Shown: positions 9,961 to 19,794 of the stretch, piece after piece
How the letters are laid out: the number at the start of each line of letters is the position of its first letter
How positions within the stretch are numbered: the stretch's first letter is position 1
Source of the DNA: Bacteroidales bacterium UBA1195
GTDB lineage: Bacteria > Bacteroidota > Bacteroidia > Bacteroidales > WCHB1-69
Assembly: GCA_002309855.1 (NCBI GenBank)
Contig: DBYD01000054.1
Span: 4,272-62,143 of the forward strand
DNA length: 57,872 bases
Reading direction: 5' to 3'
Made by a program: the position numbers and the translations under genes
Notes under the pieces: generated by a model
Database searches by the model: none
What the model saw: the letters and a program-made list of their open reading frames with translations, nothing else
Told to the model about the DNA's origin: nothing

Positions 9961-11115
9961 CTATGATAATTTGTATTTATAATCCCCATAGTCAAAAGAG
10001 CGGAGCACCTTCAGCTCGTCCTGCTCCGTCCAGACCGCAATGTAGGGGTGGCGCACCCCGTTAAAATAGGTGGTCTTAACCATGGTGTAATGGATCATGT
10101 CGTCAAACACAATCCTTTCGCCAATTTCCAGCGGCTCGTCAAAAGCGTAATCGCCCATTCCCATGTAATCGCCCGCAAGACACGAATTGCCGCCCATACG
10201 GTAGACGAACTGGTCTTCAGGTTCGGGATTATGAGCATTAAGTATCACAGGCTTATATGGCATTTCAAGACAATCAGGCATGTGGCATGCGAACGAAACG
10301 TCAAGCATGGCAATTCTAAAACCCGGTCGTGACAGCAAATCCCTCACCGTCGAGACCAGGTAGCCGGTATGCAGCCCGACAGCCTCGCCAGGCTCCAGAA
10401 TCACCTCCTCAAGATTGGGGTACCTTTCGCGAAAAGATTTCAGCACCCGGACAAGCCGCTCAATGTCATACCCATCCTGCGTGATCCAATGGCCGCCGCC
10501 CATGTTCACCCAGCGCACCTGACAAAGCCAGTCACCGAACTTGGCCTCCACCGCCTGCAGGGTGCGTTCCAGCACATCGCTGTTGTTTTCGCACAGGGTG
10601 TGGAAATGCAGCCCCTCAATCCCCTCAGGCAAAGTGCTGCCGCACATGTCGCGCGTCAAACCCAAGCGGGACCCGGGTAATGCAGGATTGTACAGGTCCG
10701 TCTCCACCTCGCTGTATTCCGGATTGATTCGCAGACCGAGCGAAACCGCCTTACCGCTCTGCCGCACCCTATCCGCATACCGATGATACTGCGAAAAGGA
10801 ATTGAAGGTCAAATGACTGCTGTACATAAGCAACTGGTCAAAAGTTTCATCCTCATAAACGGGGCAATATGTGTGCGCCTCCCGTCCCATCTCCTCTGCG
10901 ATCAGCCGTGCCTCATGCAACGAACTGGCGGCAGCACCGTCCAGATATTCCGCAAGCATCGGAAAGGCATACCAGAAAGCGAAACCCTTCAAGGCACAGA
11001 TAATCCGCACACCTGCAGCCTCACGCACCAATCGGAGAATATCCAGATTTATGCGCAGCGCATTTTCGTCAAGCAAATAACATGGAGACGGAACTTTTTC
11101 AAAATCAATGGCCAT
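9961..11115 (-). CDS. nspC: Carboxynorspermidine decarboxylase
   Basis: ALKGF (PLP Lys), SRLG, GLHFHTLCE, NMGGGH, LEPGEA, HMPDCLEMPY, SCLAGD, HYTMVKT. Confidence 0.94.
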   Translation of the reverse strand: MAIDFEKVPSPCYLLDENALRINLDILRLVREAAGVRIICALKGFAFWYAFPMLAEYLDGAAASSLHEARLIAEEMGREAHTYCPVYEDETFDQLLMYSSHLTFNSFSQYHRYADRVRQSGKAVSLGLRINPEYSEVETDLYNPALPGSRLGLTRDMCGSTLPEGIEGLHFHTLCENNSDVLERTLQAVEAKFGDWLCQVRWVNMGGGHWITQDGYDIERLVRVLKSFRERYPNLEEVILEPGEAVGLHTGYLVSTVRDLLSRPGFRIAMLDVSFACHMPDCLEMPYKPVILNAHNPEPEDQFVYRMGGNSCLAGDYMGMGDYAFDEPLEIGERIVFDDMIHYTMVKTTYFNGVRHPYIAVWTEQDELKVLRSFDYGDYKYKLS

Positions 11116-11117
11116 GG

Positions 11118-12029
11118 TTATCTGATATAGATGATGGACTGCACCTCCTCACAATAATACTTTGATCCTGGGTACTTGTCCGTATAATCGATGTTCATCC
11201 AATAATTTCCATCCTTGTCCAAGCGGTAATAGATGCGCTTGTCGTCAATCTCCTCCTTGAAGAGCGCATAGACCGCACTGACGTAACGGTCAAAACTGTT
11301 CTGGTCACCACAGTAAAGTTCAGGATAGACATGACCGGGTGCCCAAATGATGCGCACCGAGGCTCCTATAGCCTCCAACACCGAAGCCATCAGAATGGAA
11401 TGGTCGTCACAATCGCCCGCCATCAGCGCGATGCTTTCTGTCGGGTCGGCGAAATAGTCGAAGCCGTTCGGGTCGCGCACATACTTGTACTGCCCTTTGA
11501 TGGATTTTATCAGTGAGAACTGCCGGCAAATCTGCCCATATTTGCTATAATACTCATCAAAGTAGAGCAGAGAATTTTTCACCGCGAACATGCGCACCTC
11601 AGGATTGGTGTAGTCCACCTTCTGCTGGATGCGCTGCTGCAGGGAGATGTGCGGCTGGCTCACACCTTTGGCCGCCTTGACCTCAACTTGGGAGGAAATA
11701 CGGTTACGGGCATGGGTGAAATACTGCGCGACACCTTGCGCCAGCATCGGGTAGTTCCAGCCCACAAACAGAGGTAAAAGCAGGAGCGCCACCGCCGTTC
11801 CTGCAGCCACCTTCCACCAGCAGTGAGGCAGGATGCGGAGAAAAAGAAGTACGAACAGCAACCCGCCAAGGGTCCAGATGAGGAAAAACTCCATCTGCAC
11901 CTCCGCTATGAAGAGCGGCGGAACAAACTGCACCAGCACGGCCGTAAGAAGGAAAGAGAGCGACACCGCCGCCGCAATGCAGCCCCAACGCGCACTTTTG
12001 GCACGTTGCATCCAGCCTTTTTTACTCAT
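11118..12029 (-). CDS. Membrane-anchored transglutaminase-like (papain-fold) protein
   Basis: Three N-terminal hydrophobic segments; putative triad motifs GDCDD, GHVY, NIDY; start uncertain (12029-12077). Confidence 0.75.
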   Translation of the reverse strand: MSKKGWMQRAKSARWGCIAAAVSLSFLLTAVLVQFVPPLFIAEVQMEFFLIWTLGGLLFVLLFLRILPHCWWKVAAGTAVALLLLPLFVGWNYPMLAQGVAQYFTHARNRISSQVEVKAAKGVSQPHISLQQRIQQKVDYTNPEVRMFAVKNSLLYFDEYYSKYGQICRQFSLIKSIKGQYKYVRDPNGFDYFADPTESIALMAGDCDDHSILMASVLEAIGASVRIIWAPGHVYPELYCGDQNSFDRYVSAVYALFKEEIDDKRIYYRLDKDGNYWMNIDYTDKYPGSKYYCEEVQSIIYIR

Positions 12030-12119
12030 TTTCTGACTCTTCGGCATAATGGCACAAAATGGTGTTCTAAAACGCAAAGTTAATGGAAAAAGCGATACAT
12101 CAGAACCAATTCCGCGAAA

Positions 12120-13607
12120 TTATTGCGCACGGACAAAACGGTACTGATTGCCATCTATATGAAGAAAATAGAACGGTTCATCCGGCAAAGGGAAATATTC
12201 CGGATTCAGCCCTTCCCGGTGCAGGAAAATCCACCAGGGGACAAAGGCAACACGGTCGGTTGCCAGCAATTCCGGCAACTGCAATGCGGCGATATCCTCA
12301 TACACAAACAGGTTGGAACAGCATTCCCTACCATGCCTGGCGGTGACGTAAAGCATCGACTCGATACCGGTACCCCAAGAATAGTCCACGCCAAACGATT
12401 CAGCATCCTCCTTGGATACAAACAGCTTGTGCACCCCCTCCTGCCGGGCATCCACAAGCAGATCATCCATCTTTTGCAGCCGCTCCGATGCCTCTTCCGC
12501 ACCGTTGCCCATCCGGATGAAAGTGAGTGCCAGCAACAACATCAGAAGCAAACAGGCAATACGATGCCCGAAAGGCTTCCATTCCGGCATCACCTCCCGC
12601 ACAAAGGGCAGCGCGGTGAACAATGCCATCGGAAGGAAGGAACGTTCCATCGCAATCGGGCCGTCCCCGGCAAAATATATCCAAAGCGTGATGAAAAGGA
12701 AAAACAGGTTAAAACCGATGTAAAACACGGATTTCCACACCATCTTGCGCCGGATGTACCACACCGAGGTCCAGACGAAGAGCAGCAACGGCATGTAATA
12801 GAGTGAGAAGATGTGGTCCTTGAAAAATTTAAGGCTTCCGAAATGCCAGAAATCAGGAAGTTTTGAAAGCAGCTCCGGCAAAGGCAGCAGGAAGCTGGCG
12901 TCCCTTCCGCCCTGCGCAGGCAGCAATAATTTCAGAGCCTCAACAAGCACAAAGGCGGCAAGGGCGAAAACCGTCTCCCAACGGAAGCTGAAGCCCTCGT
13001 CAACCCAGACATAGAGCCATACAAAAGCCAGAAAGAAAATCGCGACCGGATGGATGAAGGCACAGAAGGCGGCCACAGCCAGCAACGCCGCCGCATGGCA
13101 CACCGCAGCCACCTTTGAAGAGCTCCGGCGCCTATAAGCCAGCAGGGTATAAAGCAGCGCAGCGGCAAACACCAGCTGGAAGGTTTCGGAAATGCCATGC
13201 AGGAAGGTATGGTTCATGCAAAAGAAGGGAAACAGCATCGCCAGGGCGGTGCCATAATCCTTAAGCAGATGCTGCACCGCAATGTAGCAGCCGTATCCTA
13301 TAAGCACGAATGATACCGAATAGGCTGCAATTATGCCGGACAACGGCAGGTGCAGCTTAAGGAAAAGCAGCGGCAGCAGTTCGGAAACCACCATGCTGCA
13401 CCGCCCGTCATTAATTGTGAAGCTGCCGGAATTGATAAGGCCGAACACCTGAAAGGCCGAATCCATATAGCAGACACGCGGGAACATCCAGACAAGGGAA
13501 AAGACCAGCATTGTCAGGAAAGTCAGGTGTCCGAGATAAACATATCCTGTTCTGATGCGACGAAGCTGTCTGTCGTTCATTTTATCTGGCATTTGATGTG
13601 AAAACAT
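12120..13607 (-). CDS. Polytopic membrane protein, possibly GT-C glycosyltransferase-like
   Basis: 495 aa with about 10 hydrophobic segments, an Asp after TM1 (YMDSAF), an ERSFLP motif and a soluble C-terminus; overlaps the DUF4301 gene. Confidence 0.6.
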   Translation of the reverse strand: MFSHQMPDKMNDRQLRRIRTGYVYLGHLTFLTMLVFSLVWMFPRVCYMDSAFQVFGLINSGSFTINDGRCSMVVSELLPLLFLKLHLPLSGIIAAYSVSFVLIGYGCYIAVQHLLKDYGTALAMLFPFFCMNHTFLHGISETFQLVFAAALLYTLLAYRRRSSSKVAAVCHAAALLAVAAFCAFIHPVAIFFLAFVWLYVWVDEGFSFRWETVFALAAFVLVEALKLLLPAQGGRDASFLLPLPELLSKLPDFWHFGSLKFFKDHIFSLYYMPLLLFVWTSVWYIRRKMVWKSVFYIGFNLFFLFITLWIYFAGDGPIAMERSFLPMALFTALPFVREVMPEWKPFGHRIACLLLMLLLALTFIRMGNGAEEASERLQKMDDLLVDARQEGVHKLFVSKEDAESFGVDYSWGTGIESMLYVTARHGRECCSNLFVYEDIAALQLPELLATDRVAFVPWWIFLHREGLNPEYFPLPDEPFYFLHIDGNQYRFVRAQ

Positions 13608-15102
13608 GGGCGGGACGCAGCAGATCCTCCACCGTCTTCACCGGAGTGAAGGTGGAAAGCGGAACCGCCACGAACAGAGTTATCCAGTCGGACATGGAGC
13701 CGTTCCACAATCCCGGATGCTCCAGCACGCGGAGCGTCTTGCCAGCACTGGACTTTTCTGTGGTGAAATAGCGTCCGTTGTCAACATGCCGCCGCAAATC
13801 GAAACGGCCGCCCTGGTAGCCGTTCCAGCTGCAGACCAGATCGACCGGGTTGAAATACTGGGAATCGTCCAGGCACTGCCGCTGTTCAGCATCCTCCAGA
13901 TCCATTTCGGAGGTCTCGACAATCTGCAGGGATGGCACCCCATCCTTTTCCACCCAGAAGGGGCCGCCGCCGGGATCCTTCTCCCTTTTCACCATTCCGC
14001 ACACACGTATGGGACGGTCCAGCTGCCGGCGGCAGTAGTCCGCCCGCTGCGCCAGCCCGAAAGAGCCGTAACCGGCTGGGAAGGCCATCTGCAAATCCTC
14101 CCGCATCATCCGCTCGATGGCGGAAAGCCGCGCCTCATCAGCACCGGCATCCAACTGCCGCAGGGCTTCAAAGCAGGCCTGCTGCCTCTCCAGAAGCAGC
14201 GCGGCAAGACATTTTTTATATTGTATGGTGTCACCGCGCAGCGCATCGGTGGTCACATTGTCGATATTCTTCACGAACACCACGTCGGCATCCAGCCGGT
14301 TAAGGTTGAGCAGCAGGCTCCCGTGCCCTCCCGGACGGAAAACGATCCGACCTTCGGGATCACGGAACAGATTTCCGTCACTGTCAAGCGAAACTGTGTC
14401 GGTTTCAGGCATCTGTTGCGAAAAATCCACCTCAAACATATATCCTGTCACCTTCTCATAAACAGTTTTAAGCTGTCCGGCTAACTTACGGAAGGCCTCT
14501 TCATGCTCCGGCGAAACAGTGAAATGGAGACGCACCCGTCCGTCGCCGCCGACAGCATAGGAAGCGCCTTCAACCCAATGCTCCTCAAATGCGGTACGGA
14601 CCTTCTCCCCATACAGGTGGAACGGCAGCAGCCCTTTCGGCATCCGTCCGAAGCCCCAGCCCTTCTCCGTGAGAATGAAGCGAAGCAGGTCGGCATAATC
14701 TGCAGGGCCGTCCAGCTTATCAAGCGAAGTGCCCTTTGAGCGCAACGCCTCTGCCAGCTGTGGATAGAACGGATAGCGGGGAAGCGTTTCCGCCAGTTCG
14801 GAAGCCTCCTCCGGCGTGCAGCCCCCCATCATTTGGAACCATTTTTTGAACATGCGCGTGGCGGCACCGGAGGCCGGCACAAACTTGAGGCACCTTCTGC
14901 CCTGCATCAGGGTGTCGTACGAACTCTCCAACCTGTTCCGTTCCTGTTCGGACAGAACCTCTATCCCGTCACCGGGCACGGCCGGACGCAGCACACGCAG
15001 CGCATGGCGCGCCTCACACATGCGGTCCAGCTGTCCAAGCACCGTCTCCACGGACAATCCGTGTCCTTGCAATTGTTCACGATCTTTTGCCGAAAATTCC
15101 AT
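13582..15102 (-). CDS. DUF4301 family protein (nucleotidyltransferase-like)
   Basis: KFVPASGAATRMFK, PKGLLPFH, FRPGGHGSLL, FVKNIDNV, RPIRVCGMV, GGGPFW, FNPVDLVC, PGLWNGSM. Confidence 0.88.
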   Translation of the reverse strand: MEFSAKDREQLQGHGLSVETVLGQLDRMCEARHALRVLRPAVPGDGIEVLSEQERNRLESSYDTLMQGRRCLKFVPASGAATRMFKKWFQMMGGCTPEEASELAETLPRYPFYPQLAEALRSKGTSLDKLDGPADYADLLRFILTEKGWGFGRMPKGLLPFHLYGEKVRTAFEEHWVEGASYAVGGDGRVRLHFTVSPEHEEAFRKLAGQLKTVYEKVTGYMFEVDFSQQMPETDTVSLDSDGNLFRDPEGRIVFRPGGHGSLLLNLNRLDADVVFVKNIDNVTTDALRGDTIQYKKCLAALLLERQQACFEALRQLDAGADEARLSAIERMMREDLQMAFPAGYGSFGLAQRADYCRRQLDRPIRVCGMVKREKDPGGGPFWVEKDGVPSLQIVETSEMDLEDAEQRQCLDDSQYFNPVDLVCSWNGYQGGRFDLRRHVDNGRYFTTEKSSAGKTLRVLEHPGLWNGSMSDWITLFVAVPLSTFTPVKTVEDLLRPAHVFTSNAR

Positions 15103-15129
15103 ATATATGTCTCCTTTCTGTTTTATTTG

Positions 15130-17895
15130 TCAATGTGCCTCAAGCCAATTGTTCCCGGAACGGATGTCCACCTCCAGCGGCACACCCACCGGCAACGCCT
15201 CAATCATGGCGGTCCGTACGATTTCCCGCACCTCCTCCAGCTCCGGAAGAGGCACATCAAGCACAAGCTCGTCATGGACCTGCAGCACTATTGCTGACTG
15301 CAGCCCTCTTTTTTCCAGTTCGTCAAAAATACGCACCATGGCAATCTTTATCATGTCAGCGGCAGAACCCTGAATCGGAGCGTTCACCGCATTGCGCTCA
15401 GCCATCCCACGGATCACCGAATTGTTCGACCGGATGTCCGGCAGGTAGCGACGGCGCTTGCAGATTGTCTCAACATAGCCATGATCCAGGGCAAACTGCT
15501 TCTGCGCCTCCATGAACTGCCGTATGCCCGGATACTGTTCAAAATACTGTCCGATCAGCGCAGCCGCCTCTTTCCTGGGGATATCCAGCCGCTCCGAAAG
15601 GCCGAAGGCCGAAATTCCGTATATGATTCCGAAATTGACCGTCTTGGCATTGCGGCGCATCTCCTTTGTAACCTGTCCGATCCCGACATTGTAAATTTTT
15701 GCGGCAGTTGCTGCATGGATGTCCATACCATGCCTGAAAGCCTCCTGCATGCCTGCATCCCCGCTCATTCCGGCCATGATGCGCAGCTCTATCTGTGAAT
15801 AGTCCGCCGCAAGCAGCAGATGCCCTGAATCGGCGGGCACGAACGCCTTACGGATTTCACGCCCCTCATCGTTACGGACAGGAATGTTCTGCAGGTTCGG
15901 GTTACTGGAGCTCAACCGCCCCGTGGCGGTGACCGTCTGGTTGAACGAGGTGTGCACCCTTCCTGTCAGCGGATTCACCAGCTGCTGGAAGGCCTCCGTA
16001 TAGGTGGAGCGCAGCTTCTGCAAGCCGCGGTAGTCCAGCACAGCCTGGACTATTGGATGCTTGTGCACCAGCTTTTGCAGGACCTCCTCCCCTGTCTGGT
16101 ACTGCTTGGTCTTGGTAAGTTTCGCATTCTCCACAATGCGCAGCTTCTCAAAAAGGATGACGCCCAACTGCCGTGGGGAGGCGATATTGAAGGTTTCGCC
16201 CGCAAGGGCGTATATCTGCTGTTCCAACGCTGCTATGCGCTCCTGCAGCACGCCTGAATACTGCTTAAGGTAACCGGTATCCACGCGGACGCCTTTGCGC
16301 TCCATGGCAGCCAGCACCTGCACTAACGGCATCTCAACCTTTTCGAACAGTTCCCATGCCTCACGATCGTGAAGCATAGGCTCAAAAACTCGGAAAAGCC
16401 GGAAGGTGATGTCGGCATCCTCGCAGGCATAATCCCTCAATTCCTCAATCGGCACATCGCGCAACCTTTTCCTGTCACCCAACATCTCCCTGTAGGAGAC
16501 AGTCTCATAGGAGAGATATTGGAAAGCCAGCTGGTCCATATTATGCTTCTGCTCCGGCTCAAGCAGGTAGTGCGCCAGCATCGTATCGAAACAGGGGCCG
16601 GCAATCCTCACCCCGTAACGCTGCAGCACCTGCAGGTCAAACTTGAGGTTCTGCGCCACCTTGCAAACCTTCGGATCCTCAAACACAGGCTGGAGCGCGG
16701 CAAGCCACATGCCGGCCTCCGCAGCATCTTCCGGGAAGAGCACAAAGCAGGCCTTCCCCTCCTCCATGCAGACCGAAAGGCCCACAATATTAAGTTGCAG
16801 CACATCCAGGCTGTCGGTCTCCGTATCAAAACAGAAGGCTTGCGACTCCGCCATGTGCGCACCCAGCTGCAACAATCCTTCAAAACTGTCCACCAACCGG
16901 TATTCATGCGGCGTGTTGCGCAACGTGGAGACGGAGGCGGACTCCCCTCCTGCATCCGGATCCATGCCGAACAGGCCGGGTAGCATTCCGGACGGCTCCA
17001 CCGTCATCGGGTAGTCGTTCTGGATACGACGCAGCAGCTGCCGGAACTCCAACTCCTCCAACACCGGACGCAACAGTTTGAAATCTGGCGGCTGCGCGAC
17101 AAAATCCGCTTCATTGAGCTCCAACGGCACATCCAACATTATGGTGGCCAGCATTTTTGACTGCAACGCGTCCTCAGCGCCCTCCCGGACCTTTATCCGG
17201 AGCTTTTCATTTTCGATTTCATCAGTATGCTCAAGCATGTTTTCAATGGAACCGAACTGCGCAATCAGCTTTTTCGCAGTCACCTCGCCCACCCCCTTGA
17301 TGCCGGGGATGTTATCGGAGGAATCGCCCCACAAGCCCAGCAGGTCGATCAGCTGCTCAGGGTTACGGATGGAATATTTCTCACAAACCTCAGGCACGCC
17401 CAGCACGCTGAAACCGCTGCCGAGATGCGCCGGCTTGTACATGAAGATGCGGTCTGATACCAGCTGCCCGTAATCCTTGTCAGCGGTCACCATATAGACC
17501 TCAAAGCCCCGCTTCTCGGCCCGCTTGGCCACCGTTCCGATTATGTCGTCCGCCTCATATCCGGGCAGCTCCAGCAAAGGTATGCGGAATGCCGCAATCA
17601 GGTTGCGGATGTCCGGCAGGGAGGCGACAATGTCCTCCGGCGTGCTTTCGCGGTTTGCCTTGTATTCGCTGAACCCCGCATGGCGCAGGGTCGGGGCGAA
17701 ACTGTCGAAAGCAACCCCGATATGTGAAGGTTTCTCCTTTCGGATGATTTCGTAGAGCGAATTGGCGAAACCCAGCACCGCCGAGGTGTTTTTCCCCTTG
17801 GAGTTGATGCGCGGATTTTTGTTCAGGGCATAATACGAACGGTAAATAAGCCCCATGGCGTCAATAAGAAAAAGCTTTTTATGCTGCTGTTCCAT
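15130..17895 (-). CDS. polA: DNA polymerase I
   Basis: 5'-3' exonuclease (LIDA, YEADD, GDSSDNIPGI), 3'-5' exonuclease (FDTET), polymerase motifs (ADYSQIELR, AKTVNFGIIYG, QVHDEL); start at MEQQ. Confidence 0.98.
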   Translation of the reverse strand: MEQQHKKLFLIDAMGLIYRSYYALNKNPRINSKGKNTSAVLGFANSLYEIIRKEKPSHIGVAFDSFAPTLRHAGFSEYKANRESTPEDIVASLPDIRNLIAAFRIPLLELPGYEADDIIGTVAKRAEKRGFEVYMVTADKDYGQLVSDRIFMYKPAHLGSGFSVLGVPEVCEKYSIRNPEQLIDLLGLWGDSSDNIPGIKGVGEVTAKKLIAQFGSIENMLEHTDEIENEKLRIKVREGAEDALQSKMLATIMLDVPLELNEADFVAQPPDFKLLRPVLEELEFRQLLRRIQNDYPMTVEPSGMLPGLFGMDPDAGGESASVSTLRNTPHEYRLVDSFEGLLQLGAHMAESQAFCFDTETDSLDVLQLNIVGLSVCMEEGKACFVLFPEDAAEAGMWLAALQPVFEDPKVCKVAQNLKFDLQVLQRYGVRIAGPCFDTMLAHYLLEPEQKHNMDQLAFQYLSYETVSYREMLGDRKRLRDVPIEELRDYACEDADITFRLFRVFEPMLHDREAWELFEKVEMPLVQVLAAMERKGVRVDTGYLKQYSGVLQERIAALEQQIYALAGETFNIASPRQLGVILFEKLRIVENAKLTKTKQYQTGEEVLQKLVHKHPIVQAVLDYRGLQKLRSTYTEAFQQLVNPLTGRVHTSFNQTVTATGRLSSSNPNLQNIPVRNDEGREIRKAFVPADSGHLLLAADYSQIELRIMAGMSGDAGMQEAFRHGMDIHAATAAKIYNVGIGQVTKEMRRNAKTVNFGIIYGISAFGLSERLDIPRKEAAALIGQYFEQYPGIRQFMEAQKQFALDHGYVETICKRRRYLPDIRSNNSVIRGMAERNAVNAPIQGSAADMIKIAMVRIFDELEKRGLQSAIVLQVHDELVLDVPLPELEEVREIVRTAMIEALPVGVPLEVDIRSGNNWLEAH

Positions 17896-18065
17896 CAATA
17901 GAAATTTATGTGCGCCGCCACATGCGACGCATCCGCAAAAGTAGCATTTTTTCCGATACAAAGCGAAGGGTGGGAAATTTTTATCTCAACGGCTGCATTC
18001 CGCATCCGGATTTCATGTAAATTTGCATTTTATTTTCATAGAGTATCACATAAAAAAAGACAGCG

Positions 18066-19793
18066 ATGGAAAAAATAGTGGAGGAACGCGTAAACACTTG
18101 GCTGAACGGAGCCTATGACGAAGAAACCAAAGCGGAGGTATGGGACATGCAGCGGCATCGCCCGGACGAACTTCAGGATGCCTTCTACAAGGAACTGGAA
18201 TTCGGCACCGGCGGAATGCGCGGCATCATGGGTGCGGGAACAAACCGCATGAACAGATACACCGTCGCCATGGCGACGCAGGGTCTGGCGAACTACGTGC
18301 GCAAATGCGTCACAGAAAGGCAGCCGCGCATGGCGGTGGCCTACGATTCACGCAACAACAGCCGTGAATTTTCGGAAATTGTGGCCGATGTGCTCTCCGC
18401 AAACGACATAAAGGTGTTCCTGTTCAACCAGATCACCCCCACCCCGGAGCTCTCCTTCAGCATACGGCAGCTCCAGTGCGACAGCGGCGTTATGGTGACA
18501 GCATCCCATAACCCTAAGGAATACAACGGTTACAAGGCCTACTGGAACGACGGCGGCCAGCTGGTTCCGCCCCACGACGGCAATGTGATTGCGGAGGTGA
18601 GGAAAATCACCTCCATCGATGATGTGAAATGGACCCGCAAACCGGAGAATGTGCAGTACGTCGGCGAGGAGGTGCACGCCCCCTACATGGAGCGCATCAA
18701 ATCGTTGAGCCTGCATCCCGAAGCCATACAAAAGCAGCATGACCTGAAAATAGTGTACACTCCGCTGCACGGTACCGGCGTATACATGATACCGCGCTCG
18801 CTGAAGAATTTCGGATTCGACAATGTCTCCCTTGTGGAGAAACAGGCCGTTCCGGACGGCAACTTCAGCACTGTTGTCTCCCCGAACCCTGAGGAGAAGG
18901 CGGCCATGCGGATGGCGATAGAACAGGCTGAAAAGCTCCAGGCAGACCTTGTGCTGGCCAGCGACCCCGATGCAGACCGCATCGGCGTGGCGGTGCCAAA
19001 GGGCGACGGGAGCTATGAGCTGCTCAACGGCAACATGACGCTCACCCTGCTTGTCCGCTACCTGCTGAAGGAATGGAAGCGGGCCGGAAAAATCGACGGA
19101 AAACAGTATGTGGTCAAGACGGTTGTAACCACGGAGCTTATCCGCGACATCGCCCGCAAGGAGGGCGTGGCCTGCTACGATGTGCTGACAGGATTCAAGT
19201 ATATTGCCGACAAGATTCTTGAACTTGAGGGCAGGGAGCAGTTCATTGCCGGCGGTGAGGAGAGCTTCGGCTGCCTTGCAGGCGACTTTGTACGCGACAA
19301 GGATGCGGTCATCTCCTGCTCGCTGCTGGCCGAATTCGCCGCACTTGCCAAAACCGAAGGCAAGAGCCTGCGCGACCTGCTTATCGACACCTACATCGAA
19401 TACGGCTACTACCGTGAGAGCCTGCTCTCAATCACCAAGAAGGGACAGAGCGGCGCGGAGGAGATCCGCCACATGATGGAGGAATACCGCGAACACCCGT
19501 ACAGCAGCATCCACGGCATTGAAGTTGTCCGCATCGACGACATTCTTCTTTCCACCTCAACCGACTGCCGCACCGGAGCCAAGACCCCGATACAACAGCC
19601 CAAGTCGGATGTGCTCCAGTTCCATCTGGCGGACGGCAGCAAGGTCACCATGCGGCCATCCGGCACCGAACCGAAAATAAAGTTCTACTTCAGCGTCCGG
19701 GAAAAGCTGGAGCGGCGTGAGGACTACGATGCCGCAGTGGAGGCCGCCGAAGCAAAGATACAAGGAATCATCCAATACATGAAACTCAAGTAA
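18066..19793 (+). CDS. pgm: Phosphoglucomutase/phosphomannomutase
   Basis: FGTGGMRG, TASHNP, DPDADR, GEESFG, RPSGTEPKIK. Confidence 0.93.
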   Translation: MEKIVEERVNTWLNGAYDEETKAEVWDMQRHRPDELQDAFYKELEFGTGGMRGIMGAGTNRMNRYTVAMATQGLANYVRKCVTERQPRMAVAYDSRNNSREFSEIVADVLSANDIKVFLFNQITPTPELSFSIRQLQCDSGVMVTASHNPKEYNGYKAYWNDGGQLVPPHDGNVIAEVRKITSIDDVKWTRKPENVQYVGEEVHAPYMERIKSLSLHPEAIQKQHDLKIVYTPLHGTGVYMIPRSLKNFGFDNVSLVEKQAVPDGNFSTVVSPNPEEKAAMRMAIEQAEKLQADLVLASDPDADRIGVAVPKGDGSYELLNGNMTLTLLVRYLLKEWKRAGKIDGKQYVVKTVVTTELIRDIARKEGVACYDVLTGFKYIADKILELEGREQFIAGGEESFGCLAGDFVRDKDAVISCSLLAEFAALAKTEGKSLRDLLIDTYIEYGYYRESLLSITKKGQSGAEEIRHMMEEYREHPYSSIHGIEVVRIDDILLSTSTDCRTGAKTPIQQPKSDVLQFHLADGSKVTMRPSGTEPKIKFYFSVREKLERREDYDAAVEAAEAKIQGIIQYMKLK

Positions 19794-19794
19794 A

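Noticed and set aside
17896-17961. N-terminal ORF extensions on polA, arcA, nnrD, pepP and the 54625 OMP
   Set aside because: They run through promoter elements or upstream genes; downstream ATGs match the family N-termini
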